From NCBI GenBank assembly GCA_008632985.1, contig QPGO01000011.1, positions 682,001-746,000 of the forward strand: a DNA stretch of 64,000 nt, written 5' to 3'. The position numbers and the translations under genes are program-made. This DNA comes from Psammoneis japonica (lineage: Eukaryota). The notes under the pieces were generated by a model. The model was not told the origin of the DNA and ran no database searches. It worked only from the letters and a program-made list of their open reading frames with translations. Below are positions 39,103 through 52,000 of this stretch, piece by piece; the first letter of the stretch is position 1, and each line of letters opens with the position of its first letter.

Positions 39103-42100
39103 TTAAGGAAGCCTATGTAGAGCGGAAGGTAACAGCAGAGGGAGGCACGGAGGTAGCTGTAGGGACGGTAGAGTAAAAGGGTCGAAGGACGCAAGACGAA
39201 GGGCGTTTTGTGGAAGGTATGGGTGAGGAGGGGGCAGGGAGAGAGGAGGTGAATCGGAGGATGTGCGTAGAAAGGTGAAGAACAACGTTGTAGCCAAGAG
39301 TTTGGGTGGCCCACTGGGATGGGGTGGCTGTACGGTAGGTGCTTCCAAAGCGATCGGCGGACAGGCGACGCCATGCGGAGTCAGCAGAGGGAAGATTGCA
39401 GACGGAGACGATAAAGCGTAGAGGAAGGCGGAGTAGGAGGCATCGGAGTGACGAAGGTCAGAGGAAGAGGACCAGGGTGGCTTGGGCTGAGAGCAGACGG
39501 AGGGGGATGTAGAACCAAAGAGCAAGCGGTGGGCAAAGTAGCCGAGACCACCAAGGTGATCTACAGTGAAGGGGAGCAGGAAGATGCCATTGTTGTCAAG
39601 CGAAGAAACAACAAGGGATCCATCGGTGGAGGAAGTAGAGGGGCCAAGAAACTTCAATCTCGCGCTCGAGTGGTGTGCCTCAGTTAAGATAGGAGAAGAG
39701 GGGGCAGGCAGACCTGGAGGAGGGCGAGAGGAAGCTTGAGGGACGGTGACGTCCACTGCAATGTAGTGATGGCGGGAGGGAGCGGAAAGGGAGGCGGGAG
39801 GGGGATGAAATGCCGACATCGGCGGGACGGAGGAGCGGGCGGGTGGGGAGCAGGTTGGTGGGTTCAAGATGAACGTCATTGGGGGGATCGACAGAACTCT
39901 GCAAGAGGACCCAAAGTTTGGGCTAGGATGAAAAAGTGTCACGGAGACCATTGGAAAGCTTGGACTTGTGAGCACGGCGGCAAGAAAAGGCATGATCACC
40001 ACAGGCATCCAGAATGGCATGGCCACAGGGACAGGGAGTGTTGACAAGGGACGGAGGAAGGATGGGGAGACGAAGCTTACGAAGGGCGGCAACAGCGCAG
40101 GCGTCCGAAGAAAGGCGGGAGCTTGGAAAGCGACGAGAGAAGGAATGAAGAGGGAGGCTTGCAAGCGGAGATGGCAATGAAGGGAGCGAAGATTGCACGT
40201 CGTAAGATGAGTTAGCAAGGATGGAGGTCACTGCTTGTTGCTGATGTTCATGGTAGAGACGACGGGCCAGGCCGGGGAGGGTGGCCGATTTAACCAGGGC
40301 AGCCAGGGAAGAAGAGGAAAGGGCAGAGGCGGAAGCCAGAACGGGAGCACAACGGCGGAAGAGCGCACAGAGTCGTAGGGAAGAGCGAGGGTTGGACCAG
40401 GAAGACAGGGAGAGCCGAAAGCAGCGCGGAAGGGAAACAGAAGCGCCAGATGGCAGGCTGACACCGTGCGAAGCAAAGCGGAACGAGCGGAGAAGCGACA
40501 CCAAGAAGGAAGGAATGGCGGCAGCTGTTGGGGCCCGGAGACCAAACCCGCCCAAGGAGGCAGGAAGGAAAGCGATGGCAATAGAATGGTCGGGAAAAGG
40601 AGCGGCGAAGGAAGTGACGTAGTGTAGAAAGCGGTGAGCAACGGTGAGGAGGAAGTCTTGAAATGGAGAGGTCCAGAGAAAGGGGTCGGGAGGATTGTCG
40701 GGGTCGAAGTTGCAGCAGAAGTCAGCTCCAAGGAGGTGAGCAGAGGATGGAACAAAACAGTGCTTGAAGAGTTGAGCCTGGGTTTGTTCATCATGGAGAC
40801 GGGTGAGAAGCATGTCAACTTTGTCGGAGAGAGTGGAGGAAGTGTTGGAAAGGAAGGAGGTGGCGAAGTCGTGGGAGCCGAGGGGCTGTCCAAGGAAGCG
40901 AACACCAGAGGTGAGTTCGGGGTTGTAAGAGGGGTCATTGGTGGGGTTTAAGAAGGAAAGTGCAGCACGGAGAGAATCGGCGCGGGAAGGGGGAAGAGCA
41001 GGGATGGGGCTAACACCGGCAATGGAGGTGAGGATCTTGGTTTTACGGAGGTTGAGGGAGATTCCGCAGGGGGCACCGAGGGCGGAGAAGCGTTCAAGGA
41101 ACCATGGGAGTACGGAATGGGGAAGGAAAGCGTGAGCATCGTCAATGTAGGAGCCAACTGAGACAGAGGAACGGCCAGGGATACGTTCTTGAAGCTCTTG
41201 GTTAATCGGACGAAGAACCAGAGAGAGGACCAGGCTGGCGAAGACAGGGCCGAGAGGGCATCCTTGGGCAAATCCCTCTTCTTGAAGAAAGGAGCCCCAG
41301 GAAGAATCGGGTCGGCGATGCCAACATGTGTTGGAACTTTGACACAGAAGGTCAAAAAAAGGAAGCAGAGGATGGAAGGCAGGGGTGGAGGTGAGAACGT
41401 GTCGACAGGCATCTCGGGATGCTTCGTTGAACATGTTGACGAGGTCAAGAAGAAGAAGAGCCTTGGCAGAGTCGGCAGAAGAAAGATGTCGTTCAATGTT
41501 GGCAAGAGCAGAGTGAATGAGATAATCGAGGCCACCTTTGACACCAATGCCAAATTGGCCATCTGGGAGGAGGCATTCGGTAAATGCAGAACCAAAGAGA
41601 GTCATGACGACGGAGCCGGCAATGCGACGAAGAGCAGTGCCGACGCCAATGGGGCGAAGCTTGTTGAGGTCGCTGGCATCTTTATGCAGAGCGACAAAGC
41701 AGTTCGAAGCAAATAAGGAATGGACGGAGGAAGGAATGGAGCCATGGAGTAGAAGAAGGACAAGCTCACGAAAGGATGACAAGCAGGGGCGTTGAGCAAC
41801 ACCTGTTGGGGTTTTGGTAGAATGGAGGGCGTGGGACTTGAAAAGGTCGGTAGAATCAGCAAAGACACCGGCAGCAGTCCCAGGCTTACATTTGGAGAGA
41901 GCGGAAAGAAGAGCATTGGAGGAGAGCTCAACAGGCTCATTATGAAGGGAGGAGGCCGAGCGAGTTGAAGGAGGAATGGGCAGGTCGGAGGGGTGCAGGC
42001 GAGGAGGGTAGAGCTTGAGGATGGCAGGAAGGCGCTCAGGAGTGACGGCAGCAACAGGAAGCGCAGAGGTGAGCTTGGAGCAGGCCGAGTGAAAGTTGTC

Positions 42101-42841
42101 TTCGTCGGCGCAGACTTGAGCGGAGCAGCAACAGGTGGAAACAGAAAAGTCGGGGGAAGATGAGGAGAGGCGCGGCGCATGGGAGTGGGCTTTGTGGCAG
42201 AGTTGGCCAATGCAGCCACGGCGGAAGAGGGACAAGCGGGAGGCAATGGCAGGGCCAAACTTGGAGCGTGGCGGGACAGGAGCAAGAATGAGAGCTTCAA
42301 AGAGTAAGAGCAGCTTCCAGAAGGGAGCAGAGTCGCGTTGCCACGTAGGAATGAGGTGGGAGGGGTCAGAAAGGGGCTGGGAGGCGGCCAGTGCCCAGCT
42401 TGTCACATGATGAAGAGCAGAGTAGAGTTCCTTACGGGCGGAGGACGAGAGCTTGCGGCGGCAGGAAACTCGGAAAGGTGGAGGCTCGAGTGCAAGAGCA
42501 TGGAGCCATTGTAGCGAGGGGCCCCAGTCACCTAGATTGTGGAAGGACGAGAGAACAATGTCAGTGTTGAGGGAAGAGCGAGGAGCGAAGTGCTTGTTCT
42601 GCAAGTGATTGCGAAGGTGGGTGGTAGACAGGCAGGTGTGTTGGCTGTGATTGCAATGCCTGCAGACATGCAAACCAGCGGTGTCAAAGAAGGACGCAGG
42701 TGCATGAGAAAGCGAGAGGCGGGGATGCTCCTGGCGAAGATGGCTGCGCATAGAAGCAGGAAGGGATGATGCATCAATGGAAGGAGGGGACCAGGAGCAG
42801 AAGGGGCAAGTTGGCGGGGCACGGGCTTCGGTGGGTTCCAC
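39103..42841 (-). pseudogene. Retrotransposon ORF2: two C2H2 fingers, reverse transcriptase and restriction-like endonuclease
   Basis: 972-aa frame 42841-39923, continued after frameshifts (~39930, ~39800) into RPADV...YIAVDVTV...PFTVDHLGGLG. Only 8 Tyr in 972 aa by my count. Confidence 0.85.
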
Positions 42842-44491
42842 GAGGCGATGAGATCGCGGAGGGAGTCGACATCAGGGGCTGCAGCCCGGATGGCTTCTTC
42901 GTAGAAAGGTTGCCAGGTAGAAAGGCGGGCCGGGCAGCAAGTGCCTGCGAAGGCATCAAGGACATCCAAGAGTTCCATCTCGCGCTGGGACTGCTGGGGA
43001 GAAACCGAGTCATCAGATTCGGTCTGCATGGTTGCATCGGGAGCGGTGGGGGGCGGAGAGGTCTGCAAAACTACGGTGGGAATGGCAGGGGGCGGAGAGA
43101 GAGTGTCGGGAGAAGAGTGGGGACGTTTGGAGGGAGGAGGCTCGGTGGTGAGGGAGCGGGCTTGGGGAGGATGGGAGGAAGGAGATGCAGCAGTGGGGAG
43201 CAGATCTTGGGGCTTGGGGAGCTGCCAGTCTTGAGCAAGCAGCTCAAGGGCACGACACGAGAAAGAATCTCGAGAGGGAGCGGGCGGCTGAAGAGCAGCA
43301 GAGGCGCAGGATGGGGAAGTCATGCTGTCGTCATGGGCAGATTCCACCACAGAGGTGAGGAGATCCAAGGGAAAGCCGGGACAGTCATGTGGGTTGGCAT
43401 CCATGAGAGCAATTGTGCACGGAGACGGGAAAAAGAGCAGCTTGCACTTGATTGGGAGGGAGTCATGGGCAGAGAAGATGGGGATGAGGGAGCGAAGATT
43501 GGTTGCAGCAAGGAGACGACTGATGCCAGGTTGGGTGAGAGGAAGGAGAAGACGGTCAGAGACAACCACTTTCATGTTGCTCTGACGCGAAATGAGCTCG
43601 GAGAGGGCGTTGTAGGTGGAAGCAAAGTTGGCCGGGGCTGGGAAGGGAATGATGGCAGTGGAGGTCCCCCAGGATGGAGAAGGAGGCAGGTGGCGCATTG
43701 GATGGATTGGTGACATGAAGCAGGGTGTTCCAGACGGCATCGGAGGCAGTGGAAATGTAAAAAACCGGAAGAGAGCGGCGTCGCGCCTGGGCCGAGTTAG
43801 CGGGGCATTGCGAAGGACGAATTCCAACGAGATTGAGAAAGGTGGGACAGTCTCGGAAGGATTGAAGGATGGGATTGGTCATAGTGCTGGAGATCTTGCC
43901 AACAAGGAAGGAATAAAGGCGGGATAGAAGAAACTCAGAAGTGCGTCGAGAAGAACCGCAGAGGGTTGGAGAGGGGCCAGCAAGGATGCCATGAGCCTTT
44001 TCTTCGAAAGAGTTGCAGGCCGGGATCACAAAGGTGCAGTGCCGAGCCCAAGGATTGTCCACAGCCGAAACCGGAGAGAAGTCAGGGTGGAGAAAATTGG
44101 AAGGGGAGCCAGCGGAGCGGAAGGGGGTGAAGTGCGACGTGGGGTGCAGGTGCCATTTCTGAAGGAGAAAAGAGAGCGCTTGGCTGCGGAAGGATTCGAA
44201 GGAAAAGGTGGTGCCGTCGGGGGTCACCGGGTGAAGAGCAACGTGAAAGCAGGACGCCCACTGATTCTGGTGAGGATGGGAGCGCTTCTTGGTTTCAGCA
44301 AGCGTGACAGAGCCAAGAGTGAGGAGGAGCGGAGAGACACACCGGCTGTGATGCTCCAGCGTCTTAAGAATGATGTCACGAATGACATCAGACGTGAGAG
44401 CAACAGCAGGCACGTCAGGCAGGTCAGTAGGATGAAGGACCTGAGCTAAAAGCTTAACATCAGCAGGAGGAGCGGAGGCGAGAGTAGACAT
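42532..44491 (-). pseudogene. Retrotransposon ORF1, function unknown
   Basis: ATG at 44491 (MSTLASAPPADV). Frame switch at the G-run ~43668. Pro-rich tail overlaps the start of ORF2. Confidence 0.6.
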
Positions 44492-44599
44492 GATCAAGCG
44501 AGAAGAGAAAGTTGCAGAGAGTCGTTGTTGTGTGCGGATCGCCAAAAACAGCGACAAGGTCACAGAGCGTGTAGAAAGATAGGAGGAGGGAAGGTGAAG

Positions 44600-45130
44600 G
44601 CATGACGTGGGCAATCGTACACGAATGATCGTAGGGGGTGCATAGAAACATAGGGAGGAAGGCACAAGCAGAAGCGCGAAGGGAGTCATGGAAGAGAAAG
44701 GGGCAGTAGAGAGGGCCGAAGGGTAGGGGAAGCTGTAGAGGAGTACGGAAGCAATCGTGTTCGAAGGGGCGTAGAAAGGCATGTGGAACGATAGGAGAGG
44801 AGTCATAACTAAAGGCGCGAAGGGAGTCATGGGAGGAAGGGGGGCAATTGAAGGGGTTGCTGGAGGAGGAAATGGGGAAGAGGTCAGGGGGCAGAGAGGG
44901 GCCATAGGGAAAAGAAACGAACAAGGCAGAGAAGGAGAGAGGGCATAAGGAAGAGCAGAAAGGGAAATGGCAGGGGGCAGTTGTTGGGATGAAGGAAGGG
45001 AGTGAGGAAAAATGAAAGGGCAATGGAATGAGCAGTTGGAAGGGCAATTGGCAATCGTGGAAACTGGGGGCCAGTAGAAGGGGCGTAGAAATGTACAGGC
45101 GAAAGGAGCGAAGGGAGTGACCGAAAGGGA
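44600..45130 (-). repeat. Degenerate ~140-bp tandem subrepeats in the element 5' UTR
   Basis: gcaatcgt at 44611, 44751 and 45051. gcgaagggagt at ~44676, ~44817 and ~45108. ggggcgtagaaa at ~44766 and ~45080. Confidence 0.65.
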
Positions 45131-45899
45131 ATGAAGAAAGGAGACGATGGCAAAGGCAAGAACGGTAGGGAAAAGGATCCGCAAAAAGAAGGATGGCCAT
45201 GGCGGAGGGTCGGGAGGCCACTTCGGGAGGTGTAGCAAAGAGCTACTGCATCCATCATGGGACGCCATCGTCATACGAATTACCATGTTGTTGCTTTGTG
45301 TGTTTTTCTTTTTGTTTCTACGTCGCTTTATATATATATGAATATGTTTCGTTTGATTCAAAAAGTGCGGCCGCCAGACGATTCACTCACCCCAACATTC
45401 AATAACATATGTTCACGTAGGAAAATCAATGCAATTCCAAAAAAGTAGTGGAACGACGAACGACGACACGGAACTAAGAGCTCCCTGCCTGTGATGAGTG
45501 ACGTTCAACCTCAACAAATGGCTTTCATGGCACAATGCAACACTCACAAGAGAGCCCAATCAAGAAGATGGAGCCTGTGATGGGCATGTGCTCGTGTGGG
45601 GATCTGATGCCGCTGCAGCCCTGCACTCCAGTGAAATCCTCTCATGCTCGCAGAACACAGAATGTGGCGAGAGACAAACAAAGAATGCAGGTGAAAGTAA
45701 TCTCACCTTCCTGGGGGGGAAGCCAATTTGAAAAAGGGCAGAGAAGACACCTGCATGCTTCCTAAAAGCAGCAGTGCAAAGGGCCAGGAATTTGTCTGTC
45801 TCTTGATGACTTTTTTTTTGTCTCCACACCTGGCTTTTGCACCAAACTTTTGGGTCCTTTTTGCAAGGTGCGTGATTTCATTTTTCAACTCTGTGGCTT

Positions 45900-48800
45900 G
45901 TTTGTTCAAACCCAACTGGACCATGCAAAGACTTTCCACTTGCTTTTTTTAAGTGAAGCCTTGCTCTCATTTTTGTTGTGGTTGGAGCCATCAGAGCCAC
46001 GACTTGCTCTTTGAAGAAGAACCGTGTCAATGCCATGTGCTTGTGCTTCCACAATGTTTGACTTCTGTGGTTCAGTGTGGGACAGGACAAATTCACCAAA
46101 GGAGCATCCAAAATGCTTGTCACAGACAAGGTTTCATCATTGCACAATGGCGAGTGGACTGTGCGTGTCCAAAACTCTCTCTTTTTGTGGGTGGTGCATC
46201 ATGTTCAAAAACATGATGGTGTTCTTCATGACACAGTGTGCTTGCACATCAACTTGTGTGTCATCTTGTGTGTCATGTGGTGCACTGTTGCTTGAGTTTG
46301 CTTTTTCACAGTCTGGGTGCTCTGCTCAACTTCTGGAACATGGCTTTTGGCATTCATGGACATCAACTCTGGGTCCACACCATTGGCAAGAACTTCTGCC
46401 AACATCACATCCTTGAACTCAGGATCACACTTCTTGACAAAATCAATCTTGAATGCAGTCGTGTTGTGCTGTCAGAGGATCATGTCCCATGCATTGCACA
46501 CATCATTGTGATTCTTCCTTGGACTTCAGTTTCACACTGGATCTGCGCTTGATTGTCTTGTCAGTTGCGTGCAAGAGCTCAACTCTGGACACTTCCGCAG
46601 CATCAAAATGCCAAGGGTCGTGCATTCTCTCTGCTTCTTGCACGTCTCAGGTGGCAATGCCACAATGTAATTCCTCTCATGGCAATGATGCACACACTTG
46701 GTCTTCCTTTTAGTGAATCCATTGGTGGGCCCCAAAGCAAATTCTGCCATCAATGGTCATGGTCTTCACTTGGTTTGATTGCAAAAACAGCTTGAAACCC
46801 TTTGCACTGTGCACTCCAGCCTCGCAGCACAGCCTGAGTCCTTCCTTGGCAGTGGCTGCCTCTCTCTCAGAGCAGCCCTCAGCACTTTGTTCCACTGTGG
46901 GAACCACCACTCCAGATGCATCTTTGTGCCACCTGGCATTCTTCTTCTTGTCCTTCTGCAGCATGCTCACATGTGGCTTGCTCTGTTGTGGTTCTCTGAC
47001 ACAGTCACAGAAGCTTGGGGAAAATGCACACAGTCTGATGTTGTTGGCCTTGAGCACCATGACCTCATTGCCAGTTTTCTCATCAAATGGTCAAAACTTG
47101 TCTGCCACTCAGTTGTCGCAGGTTTCGCAGTGCCTTTTCTTCACATCCTTTAGACTGAGGATGTTCACTGTGGCATTGCTCATTCCAAGCTTTGTGTCCC
47201 CCCATCCTGGCATCATGCAGTCTTCATCCAGGCAGGGCATCCACTCCTGCATTCTTTCTGGCTGCTTGTTGTGAACTGGCCTCCAGCTTGCTGCCCAATG
47301 CCAAGAAGCCCAGCCATTGTCAAGGATGATCTCATCAGCTCAATGTTCACTTTGGCTTGGTTCTCATGCTCACTTCTGGTCTCTCACTGGCCACTTGCAT
47401 CCTGTGCCATGCAGCACCTCTGCTTTGGCTTGAGCAGATTGATCTCTTAGATCTGGTGGTGTGTGCTGCTGACACTGACAATGTTCTTGCTGCCCACCAC
47501 CAGTGCATTGTCATTGTTGCTGCCTTGCACCTGTGCATGGCTCTGTCTCCCCCATTGCTGCTTGGTTTCCTTCCAGTGTTCTTGCACCAGTTGTCACACA
47601 CAACGCTCTGATTGTGGTTGCACTTTGAGGAGCCTTCTTTGCCACAGCAGTGACAAAACCACAGGTTTGCTCTTGTTGTTGGTCTTCTTCTGAGCATGGC
47701 TTTGGCCCTTTTGGCTCTTGCTCTTGTTGCTGTTCTTCTTGTTGGTGTTCTTTGGTTGAGTTTTCTGATGTTTGCATGGATCGTCATTCCTTGGATGGTT
47801 CAGTGGTGCACCCATTGCTGCATCCAAGGTCTTTGGACATGTGTCCTTTCCTGGACTGCAGTTTCTTACGAAGCTTTTCTTCAGGGTCTTGTGCAGGTGG
47901 TCATCACTGTTCTCCATGAACAGGTGCATTGTCCACTTCTCACAGGTGGTTTTCTGCAGTTCAGTCTGTTTTGACTGTTTTGGCATTCTTGTGCTCTTTG
48001 GCATTGGAGACAAATCCATCTGACATCCTGTTTCCCAGTGCTTCCTTCATTGAATCTTCTTGTTGGTTCTTGAACCTTGACAGGCACAATCATTGATCAA
48101 TTTGTTGTCTTGCTGTTTCACGTCCATGAGGTTCTTTGTTCACGCCCTTTGTGAGGGTGTGGAATGGATGTCAGCCTCCCATTGAGTCAAATGTGTGAGG
48201 GCCTGGATCAGAGTTTGAGAAATGATGGGATTGGGTCATCCTTGACCTTGTCACACTCAGGATTGCCTTGTGATCTCTGTTTCATCTGCTCGGCACTTGC
48301 TTGGCACACACAACAGTTGTCCAAGATCTTGGCAAATGTGGTGGTCTTGCTCTCTTCAAACTGCTTGAGCTTCTTGCATCAGTCACTTGGCTCCGTTCTC
48401 CCTGTGCAGTGTTCCCAACTGAGTGTGTTTGTGCTCTTTTTCTTTCAGCAGTTCCTGGCACCAGTTGGACTCAGTGTTCTTGAGCAAGTCCACTTTTGAA
48501 GCTTCCAAGGCAGGCACTTCTGATGCAAAGTCCTTGCACTTCATTTCCTTGATGGATCTTGCAGAATGCACTCCCTTCCTGCATTCCTTCAGTGCAAATC
48601 AGACGATCTTCTCCTTTGCTTTTTCAAACATTGCATTGCAAGAGTTGCTGCTCAGCAATGAAGGACAAAACTTCATCTCACAGCCTGAAAGTGTTTCTTG
48701 TCACTGGTCTTCTTGCTTTCAGACCTGCAGCTTCCACCGCCTTTGCCACCTTGACCTCCTTGGTCTCAATGGCTTGATCTGCCACTTTCTCTTCCACTCA
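45900..48800 (-). mobile_element. Degenerate Ty1/copia (CoDi-like) LTR retrotransposon relic: gag, protease, integrase
   Basis: Gag-like HLFMENSDDHLHKTLKKSFVRNCSPGKDTCPKTLDAA. Protease-like DEIILDNG at ~47320. GAG-pre-integrase-like EGCSEREAATAKEGLRLCCEAG. Integrase-like AKSHVPEVEQSTQTVKKQ (cf. EHVPEVERSIRTVKER). Confidence 0.7.
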
Positions 48801-48873
48801 CAGTGTGCAGGCATTCTCTTGACTCAATGAGGTGGTGGTCTTGCAATGGACAAGCACCAACTCAGTGCTCCTG

Positions 48874-49089
48874 ACTCTTTGGAGTGAATGTTGAACTGGC
48901 AACACAATGTTGCCAAAAGGGAACCCTGTGAGGTCTCCTGTTCTGCTCATTGCACACTTGCATTGGTGGTCTCTGGTGGCCATGGCATGCATGCCTGGGT
49001 GTCAAAGCAAACTCTGCAGCTGCTGTGATGTGAGCATCTCTTGACACCAATCAACAATTGTGCAAACCAAACAATTCACTCCAAAGAGT
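48874..49089. mobile_element. ~216-bp MITE-like element with terminal inverted repeats
   Basis: actctttggagtgaat (48874-48889) is the exact reverse complement of attcactccaaagagt (49074-49089). Imperfect pairing continues inward. Confidence 0.5.
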
Positions 49090-52000
49090 GAGAATGAAAC
49101 ACACACATTCAATTTGATGTGGACAGGATCATCAAACACAAAAAAACATTCTTCTGATCCACATCAGAGATCAAAGATCTCCTCTTCAATGCATCCAGGT
49201 CTCACAAGTGCCCTGGATCCCATTTCTCCAACAATTTGAGCAATGAAAAGGATGCATGTTGTCACCATGTTTCTTCCCCTGAAGCTTTGTCACATGGTGA
49301 AAAATGCACAGAGCAGGTTGTTGGTGATGGATTGCTTGTGAGCACACTGTGCCACATGCAGCCAGCTGAATGAGAGGATGTGGCTGATGTGGATGCCACC
49401 ATGTGTGCTCCATCTGTGGAAGGTGGTCATTGTGCCCAAGCAGTCATGAGGAGCAGAAGCCAACAGCTCCAGCTTCAAAGTTGTGCAAGCTGCTTCTTTG
49501 CTTGTTGGGTCTGCCCCAAGGAAATGAAGAGGACCACAGCTGTGACAGCAATGGCAGGTGGCTGGCCAGATGGCGCAGCAAGATTGAATGATTTTGGCAA
49601 ATTAAGAATCCAAACTCTGGGTTGCTTTTGGTGGTTTTGACCACCACACCCTGGTTGCTTGAGGCAACATCTCAGATGATTTCATGCATTTGCTCTCATG
49701 CACATTGAGTTGACTGCCAAACCAAACCACACACCCTGTCACCATGTTAAAAGCTGCATGTTTGACATCACATGAAATTGCAACTTGAGCTTGTTGCGTC
49801 CAATGCAATGCTGAACAAATGAACAAAAACACTGCTTCTCCCACTGTGGGACTTGGCCATTTGTGCATCAGTGGCCACATGGTCAATCAAGTTGAGAGCA
49901 TTGTCACACAACAATGAGATGGTGGTCAACACAACAGTCCTGCTGGATTTGTTGTCACTGTTGACTGTCATGCAGCATTGTTCAGACATGCCAACAAGCA
50001 GCATGCTTGCTGACTTTTTTGCAGTGCTCTCATGACTGTGACATGCCCAAGTCTGCAGCCATTCAGTTCATTTCTGCTGTGGATGACATGAACAGTGCAC
50101 CCAATGAACATGTGCATGTTGTGTTGCATCATGGTCTTTGTTTGGTGACAGGTGCAGAAAGTGGGATTTAGCTGAGATGGCGAGTGTCAATGCCTTCAAA
50201 TCTGACACTTTTTTTGGTGTCAAGCTGGTCTTTGTTGTCACTCCTCAAACTCATTGCTTTAGAAGCCTCGCGTCTCATGCTTTTTCCATCAACCATCCCA
50301 ACAGCTCTTTTGGTGGCATCCTCTCTGCATGTTGAAACTTCTTGTGCTCATGACACCTTGTTCTCTCTTGTGCCCCACAGTGCTGCAACTGCAGTTTGGA
50401 TGTGTGATGCAGCATGTGCAATGTGCTTTGTTGTGAGATGGTGCATGAAACTACCAAACAATGCAACAGATTGAAGAGAGGAACCATCAGAGAATGACAA
50501 GCTTGTCAAGCTTGTTCCAAATCCATGCTCTGATGGTTTGTCATGGCTGTCCTTGCTTGTGTCTGTGCATTGTGTGGACAGAAACTAAATTTGTCATCAA
50601 TCATCAATGGACATGCTGCCAACTGGCCATCTGCCCTGACTGATCTTTTCAATCAGCACAAGGCAAGGAGGGCAACAGCATTGAAATTTGAAATGATGTC
50701 CCTTGCTGCTGTCATCATGTTCATCCTGTGTGATGATGGTGACACTGGCAGTGCTTCAGTGCATGGCAATGAGTTGGAGTTCAATGCTGGTCTCCATGGC
50801 TGCTGTTTGATGCCACTCCAAACATTGCTGCACAGATGACAAAGCTTGTTCTTGCAGCTGTCTGTGGTGACAGGAAATTTCTGGACTGCATTGTGTGTGC
50901 ACCAGCAGCTCTCTGCAGGGATCAATGCTCTGGATGTTGTCACTGCAGCAACAAGAGCAGCTTTGCCAAAGAGTGTGCAACAAAACAGTGTGGACCAGAA
51001 CTGCATCTTAGGAGCTGCACATGCCATGACCTCAAAAAGTCAAGAAATGTCACAACAACAAGGTCTCCAACCCTGTCATGCCAAGAAAAGAGTCATGCCA
51101 GCATCTGCTCTTGACCACCAGAACACCTGGTCTAGTTTTCCCATCACTGCAGTTAAATGGCCCAGCTGTTAAAACAAGATGCAGCAACCAAGAAAGACAA
51201 GGTGCCACCCACAATGAGCACAGCCATCACCTCAACCAACAGGATGACAAAAACACTCGCAAGAGCCCCCTTGCTGTTTTGAAGCATGCCCTGCAAGCAC
51301 TGGCCACATTCAAGAGAGGTTTGAGATGCCCATGAGCAGGGTTGAACTTGCAAGTGCCCATGTCCTTTGTAAACTGGCTCTAGAGAGTTGTGATTCTTTG
51401 CCCTTGCCCCCAAAAAAGGTGGCATGCAAGCCTGGCTTCCGACCCAGGCAGTGACCACCCAGCTCATTTGCTTTGCAGTCACACTGTGCCAGCATTGCAT
51501 GCATCATGGAGAAGTCAAAAAGATGCCAATGAACAATTGAGACAAGCACGGCTGCATTGTCTGCCAAAGAAGTTGACCACAATGCATTGTTCCCACTCCC
51601 AGGCCCTGGAAAAGATGTTCCAGGCTCTCAGCTGTTCACTCAATGCCGGCGAGCATTGCCAACAATTTTAAACAAGAAAAAGAAGGCACTCAGAAGGCAG
51701 CATGCAGATGCCATTGAGTGCCACCAATTGACTGTTGAGAGCTTGTCTTCACATTGACCAGTGGGATGTCCAAAGTTGGCATGAGCAGCAAACTCCATTC
51801 CAGCCAAGGCCATCCTTGCACTGGCAGAAAAGACTGGTGGGCACTTGATGCACTCCAGCTCTGGGTGGGACCTCTCACCTCTCACTGCTGCACTGTGATG
51901 TGAGTGTTTTTTAGATCATGCAGCATGTTGCACATGTGCATTCTGCATGCTCCTGTCTTCCATGAATTGTTTCATGCTCCATGTTTTGCAAAGAGCGAGG

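Larger units (their letters stand above)
39092..45240 (-). mobile_element. CRE-like non-LTR retrotransposon (ORF1 plus ZnF-RT-RLE ORF2), near full length
   Basis: About 6.1 kb with an extreme strand skew (pyrimidine-rich coding strand). RT motifs LRPIGVG, QFGIG, LLDLVNMFN, QGCPLGP, YIDD, FLGQPLG, GGFGLR. Zinc knuckle CPCG...DHAFSC. RLE motifs RPADV and AVDVTV. Confidence 0.9.

Noticed and set aside
39448..44449. Plus-strand Gly/Arg/Glu-rich ORFs inside the retrotransposon
   Set aside because: These are antisense shadows of the C/T-rich coding strand.
44600..45130. CRISPR-like array
   Set aside because: The repeats are degenerate and irregularly spaced within a eukaryotic retrotransposon UTR, and no cas genes are present.
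39084..45297. gttgcttt at 39084-39091 and 45290-45297 as a target-site duplication
   Set aside because: Only 8 bp of low complexity, and the 5' boundary of the element is uncertain. An empty-site allele is needed.
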